A DNA stretch of 64,000 nt from the NCBI GenBank assembly GCA_964508365.1, contig CAZDTP010000002.1, positions 32,001 through 96,000 of the forward strand, written 5' to 3'. The stretch's first letter is position 1, and each line of letters starts with the position of its first letter. Source of the DNA: an uncultured archaeon (GTDB taxonomy: Archaea; Asgardarchaeota; Lokiarchaeia; Sigyniarchaeales; SOKP01). The notes beneath the pieces are model-generated. The model was not told the origin of the DNA. It did not search any database and worked only from the letters and a program-made list of their open reading frames with translations. This document shows, one piece after another, positions 60,196 through 64,000 of the stretch. The translations under genes were made by a program, and so were the position numbers.

Positions 60196-61547
60196 TAGTC
60201 AGCACGCTCCTCTTCGTAGTTTATGGCTAGTCTAGCTGCTTTAATGAACTTCTCGATAGAACTACGCGAATTTAGCTCAGTTACACAAACAAGAACAACA
60301 TCTGACATATCAGGATAATAGGTTGAAATTTGAAGAGGAGGAAGTAAGTTCATTTTTTTGCATTCTCGAATTAAACCATTAATGTTTGGACACCTTACAA
60401 TAAATTCGTTATAAGTAGGTTTTTTGTTTAAAATTTTGTAGCCCGGGATTGATGCTATAGCTTTCTTAACATAATGAGCTTTTTGAAAATTCTGGTTGGC
60501 AATTTCGCGTAACCCCGTTCTTCCTAATGAGACGAGATAAATAAGCGCAGACAGTGAGCATAATGCTTGGTTAGTACATATGTTCGAACTTGCTTTTTCC
60601 CTCCTAATGTGCTGTTCTCGAGCTTGTAATGTTAACAAGAAACCTTCACGGTCTCCGTTTATCTCTTTGGTTTTTCCAACTAATCTTCCCGGTATTTTCC
60701 TCAGAAATTTCTTTTTTGCTGTGAAAATTCCTAAGCCTGGACCCCCAAATGATGGACTTATTCCAAAGGACTGACCCTCTGCCACGAATATATCTACATT
60801 AGTTTTTCCAGGGGGTTTCAAGAGCCCTAGACAAGTAGGGTCAGTCATACACTGGATCAACAAACAGTTGGGATACTTTTCCTTCACTTTATTTGACATC
60901 ACTAAAACATCGGTAATGTCTCCAAAAAAATTTGGGCTTTGGAACATAACGGCGGCAATATCTTCGTTTAACACATCATTCAATTTATCTTCAGAAGTAA
61001 TTATAAGTTCGATGTTTTGTCCCCAACAATAAGTCTTCACTACATCAATATAATCGGGATGAACACCTTCTAATAAAATGACTTGATTTTTCCCCGATAT
61101 AATAGAAGCCATGATAGCTGCTTCTGCAAGGGATGTCGATCCATCGTACATACTCGCGTTAGCAACTTCCATTTCAGTGAGTCGAGAGATTACGCTCTGA
61201 TATTCGTAAATTGCCTGTAGATAACCTTGACTAGCTTCTGCTTGGTATGGTGTGTATGAAGTATAGAATTCCGATCGACTTATAACAAAATCAACTAAGG
61301 AAGGGATATAGTGATAGTAACAACCAGCTCCTAAAAATGAATGAGAATATATTTTATTTTTATTGCCATACTCTTTCATTTTATCTAGAACATCAGGTTC
61401 CGACATCCCTTCAGAGATATTTAATGTTTTAATGATTAAATCTTTAGGAATATCTTGAAACAAATCATCTACATCGGGAACATTAATAATTTTAAGCATT
61501 TCAGCTATAGTTTTCTCATCATGAGATATAAAATCCATTTTATCCAA
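60195..61547 (-). CDS. gcvPA: Glycine dehydrogenase (decarboxylating) subunit 1
   Basis: YTPYQAEASQG, NASMYDG, REQHIRREKA.SNICTN. TAATG overlap with gcvPB. Confidence 0.97.
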   Translation of the reverse strand: MDKMDFISHDEKTIAEMLKIINVPDVDDLFQDIPKDLIIKTLNISEGMSEPDVLDKMKEYGNKNKIYSHSFLGAGCYYHYIPSLVDFVISRSEFYTSYTPYQAEASQGYLQAIYEYQSVISRLTEMEVANASMYDGSTSLAEAAIMASIISGKNQVILLEGVHPDYIDVVKTYCWGQNIELIITSEDKLNDVLNEDIAAVMFQSPNFFGDITDVLVMSNKVKEKYPNCLLIQCMTDPTCLGLLKPPGKTNVDIFVAEGQSFGISPSFGGPGLGIFTAKKKFLRKIPGRLVGKTKEINGDREGFLLTLQAREQHIRREKASSNICTNQALCSLSALIYLVSLGRTGLREIANQNFQKAHYVKKAIASIPGYKILNKKPTYNEFIVRCPNINGLIRECKKMNLLPPLQISTYYPDMSDVVLVCVTELNSRSSIEKFIKAARLAINYEEERAD

Positions 61548-61593
61548 CTCCTATAAATAAAAAATTTAAAATAAAAGTTTTACCATAATCTCG

Positions 61594-61986
61594 TTAATTC
61601 TCTTCTTCTGCGATTCTTTTATAATCTTCAACTGATAAAAGATCGTTGATCTCCAATTCATTTGTATATTCTAATTTAAGCATCCAACCAGAGCTAAAAG
61701 GAGAAGAATTAACTAATTCGGGATTTTCAACAAGGGTACTGTTTACTTCAATAATTCTACCAGATAATGGCATTAACAACTCACCGACTGCTTTTACAGA
61801 TTCAATTTCACCAGCGCTGCTCTGTCTTTCCAAATTTGCCCCTTTTTCTGGCAACTCGATATACACAATATCACCTAATTGATGTTGAGCAAAATCTGTT
61901 ATACCTACAGTGGCTGTTTTATCTTCGAGTCTTACCCATTCATGCGTTTTCGTATATTTTAAGTTATCAGGGAATTCATAATTCAT
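61594..61986 (-). CDS. gcvH: Glycine cleavage system H protein
   Basis: HEW, GITDFAQ..LGDIV, lipoyl-Lys motif IESVKA. Confidence 0.97.
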   Translation of the reverse strand: MNYEFPDNLKYTKTHEWVRLEDKTATVGITDFAQHQLGDIVYIELPEKGANLERQSSAGEIESVKAVGELLMPLSGRIIEVNSTLVENPELVNSSPFSSGWMLKLEYTNELEINDLLSVEDYKRIAEEEN

Positions 61987-62021
61987 ATTTATCTACCTCA
62001 TACTATAAAATAAAGTGTTAT

Positions 62022-63107
62022 TCAAACATTGCGAAAGAACGGTGTAGATACGACAGTTCCTTTAAGATTTTTATTTCTCACTTGAATTTCAAGCGTAGTT
62101 CCTATCTCTTTGTATTGTTTATTAATAAGACCTAAACCAATCGTTTTTTTGAGAGTTGGAGAATATCCTCCTGAGGTGACATACCCAATTTCGACATTTT
62201 CCTTGAAAATTTTAAAATTTTCTCTAATGATACCTCGTTCCAATAAATTCAATCCTACTATTATTCTCTCAGTTCCATGTGTTTTTTGTTCCATAAGTAT
62301 TTTTTTACCAATGTACTCTATCCCCTCTTTAGGTTTAACTAACCAAAATAGTCCTGCCTCTACAGGCGTTATTGAATCGTTTATTTCATGGCCATATAAA
62401 GAATAGGTGGCCTCTAACCTTAAAGAATCTCTTGCCCCTAAACCAGCTGGAGATGCTCCAGTTTGGATCAAATCACTCCAAGTTTTCTCTGCGTAGACAT
62501 TATCGATTGATAATTCAAATCCTCTCTCACCAGTATAACCTGTTCTAGCGATAAATATCGGAGCTTTATTTAAATTACCATGAGCAAAATAGAAGCGATT
62601 AATCGAGTTTAAATCTACATCAACCAAAGGTTGTAGATATTCATCAGATTTGGGACCTTGAAAAGCTAAACGCGATCGCACTGAAGATAAGTTGGTGATT
62701 TTTACATCTCTACTACCTATATGCTCGTTTAACCACTGAAAGTCTTTTTCAACATTCCCAGCATTAACAATCATTCTAAATTTGTTTGGATTTTCTTCGT
62801 AATAAACTAAATCATCAACGACGGTACCGTTATCGAAACACATGCAAGAATATTGACCTTTCGATGGTTCGAGTAAGTTTAAATCGTTTATCATTACATA
62901 TTGAAGAAAGTCAATGACATCCTCACCCTCCAACAGAAATTCGCCCATGTGAGATACATCAAATACCCCTGCTTTAGATCGTACTGCTTCATGCTCTTTT
63001 ATGATGCTGTCGTATTGAACTGGCATACTAAAACCAGCAAAATCTACCATCTTTGCTCCTAATTCTATATGACAGTTATAGAAGGGCGTTTTTTTAAGTT
63101 CTGGAAT
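62022..63107 (-). CDS. gcvT: Glycine cleavage system T protein (aminomethyltransferase)
   Basis: FDVSHMG, RTGYTGE, GLGARDSLRLEA, VTSG. The conserved N-terminal KTPFY..H..LGAK lies in frame upstream of the track ATG (63050), with a probable ATT start at 63107. Confidence 0.93.
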   Translation of the reverse strand: MPELKKTPFYNCHIELGAKMVDFAGFSMPVQYDSIIKEHEAVRSKAGVFDVSHMGEFLLEGEDVIDFLQYVMINDLNLLEPSKGQYSCMCFDNGTVVDDLVYYEENPNKFRMIVNAGNVEKDFQWLNEHIGSRDVKITNLSSVRSRLAFQGPKSDEYLQPLVDVDLNSINRFYFAHGNLNKAPIFIARTGYTGERGFELSIDNVYAEKTWSDLIQTGASPAGLGARDSLRLEATYSLYGHEINDSITPVEAGLFWLVKPKEGIEYIGKKILMEQKTHGTERIIVGLNLLERGIIRENFKIFKENVEIGYVTSGGYSPTLKKTIGLGLINKQYKEIGTTLEIQVRNKNLKGTVVSTPFFRNV

Positions 63108-63259
63108 TAAATCTACACCTATTATTGTGTTTAATATTCTACTGTGAGTATAAAGTACAGAGAGTTATTTAAGTTTTCAGACTAAAAATAATGGAGAATT
63201 TTAAGGGAAAAAAATGGGTTGTTATATTATTATATTAATGAAAGATTCTAATCGTAAGA

Positions 63260-63787
63260 CTATTCCTCTACGGGAATCTGAACTAAACTAAGCGTATCAT
63301 ACCCTACTAGTTTATCTCTACCATGTAGGCTTCCAGTGAGTTCTATAACAAATGCTATGCCTACTACAACACCACCCGCTTTTTCTATCAGATTACAAGC
63401 TGCTTTAGCGGTACCTCCAGTCGCTAATAAATCATCAAATAAGAGAACTTTTTCTCCTTTTTCTATAGCATCTTTATGCATTTCAATTGTATCAGTTCCA
63501 TATTCTAGTTCATAAGTCTCACTTATCGTCTCAGCAGGTAATTTTCCAGGCTTTCTTATTAATACAAATCCTGCACCTAACTGGTATGCCAATACACCGC
63601 CCCAGATATATCCTCTAGCTTCAACAGCACAAATTTTATTTATCCCCTTATTATTAAAATGGTTAATTAACCTATCACAAGATTCTTTGAACGCACCATG
63701 ATTTTTACTTAAAGTTGTAATATCTTTAAACTGAATTCCTTCGATTGGAAAATCTGGGACATTTCTGATATAACTCTCTAAATCCAT
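63260..63787 (-). CDS. apt: Adenine phosphoribosyltransferase
   Basis: PDFP..GI.FKDIT, EARG, RKPGKLP, YELEYG, DDLLATGGT. Probable start MDLES. Confidence 0.96.
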   Translation of the reverse strand: MDLESYIRNVPDFPIEGIQFKDITTLSKNHGAFKESCDRLINHFNNKGINKICAVEARGYIWGGVLAYQLGAGFVLIRKPGKLPAETISETYELEYGTDTIEMHKDAIEKGEKVLLFDDLLATGGTAKAACNLIEKAGGVVVGIAFVIELTGSLHGRDKLVGYDTLSLVQIPVEE

Positions 63788-63954
63788 AATAAACAAAAAT
63801 CTCTTTTTATTAAAATTAAAGTTTACATAAGGTAATTTAAAATTATATTTAATTCAATCGTCATTTTAATTGAAATCTATTAATTTAACCGAAATTAGAA
63901 AAAATTAAATAAACATCCTTTTATAAAAAATATATTAGAAGTATAAATTGTTTA

Positions 63955-64000
63955 ATGGTGAAAAGAAATAAAAGTACTGTTATTTGGTCCCGGTGGTGCA
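63955..64000 (+). CDS. Probable 5' end of a P-loop small GTPase gene, truncated by window end
   Basis: Frame 63962-64000 reads KEIKVLLFGPGGA, a beta1 strand plus the start of a G1 P-loop. The ATG at 63955 is one base out of frame. Confidence 0.45.
   Translation, partial: MVKRNKSTVIWSRWC

Noticed and set aside
302-62406. Numerous short antisense or overlapping ORFs in the track (e.g. 302..589, 2129..2365, 5334..5903, 28789..29187, 54029..54514, 61767..62135)
   Set aside because: They lie opposite or inside well-supported genes, show antisense-type composition and have no family motifs.
1-64000. Genome-wide TAG reassignment
   Set aside because: TAG terminates many complete genes here (e.g. 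aroB', xpd, mch, apt, RecJ-like), so it functions as a stop.
1-64000. CRISPR arrays, IS elements, integrases, tRNA/rRNA genes
   Set aside because: No regularly spaced repeats, transposase or integrase motifs, terminal inverted repeats or GC-rich structured RNA segments were seen by eye.

Overview
This is an AT-rich, gene-dense chromosomal segment of an Asgard archaeon, most likely Lokiarchaeia. That call rests on the split archaeal RNA polymerase A'/A'' genes, an archaeal histone, L21e, L35Ae and Pus10, plus many eukaryotic-signature proteins: three Rab-like GTPases, Roadblock and longin-like proteins, a Snf7/ESCRT-III subunit and a presenilin. Housekeeping blocks are rpo1N-rpo1C, the conserved pus10-rpl21e-rpo4-DUF655-rsmA-hemK string, and the glycine cleavage genes gcvT-H-PA-PB flanked by mtnP and apt. 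Scattered genes include mch, glycogen synthase, GH57, GH127, XPD, RecJ/Cdc45-like, beta-CASP RNase and NurA. I found no rRNA, tRNA, CRISPR array or mobile element. The most notable item is a two-gene ESCRT-like locus: Snf7 converges on a protein with a FYVE-like Zn finger, a PH/GLUE-like domain, an N/P/Y-rich region and a Vps23/TSG101 steadiness box. Other highlights are a strongly eukaryote-like presenilin, a TFS/RPB9-type Zn ribbon fused to XPD, a Lys-rich tail on Rpo1N, a Roadblock protein with an acidic motif-bearing tail, and a Zn-ribbon insertion in MTAP. Two genes appear to start at non-AUG codons (ACG, ATT) and two are interrupted by in-frame TAG. All family assignments come from motif recognition by eye; no database searches were run.
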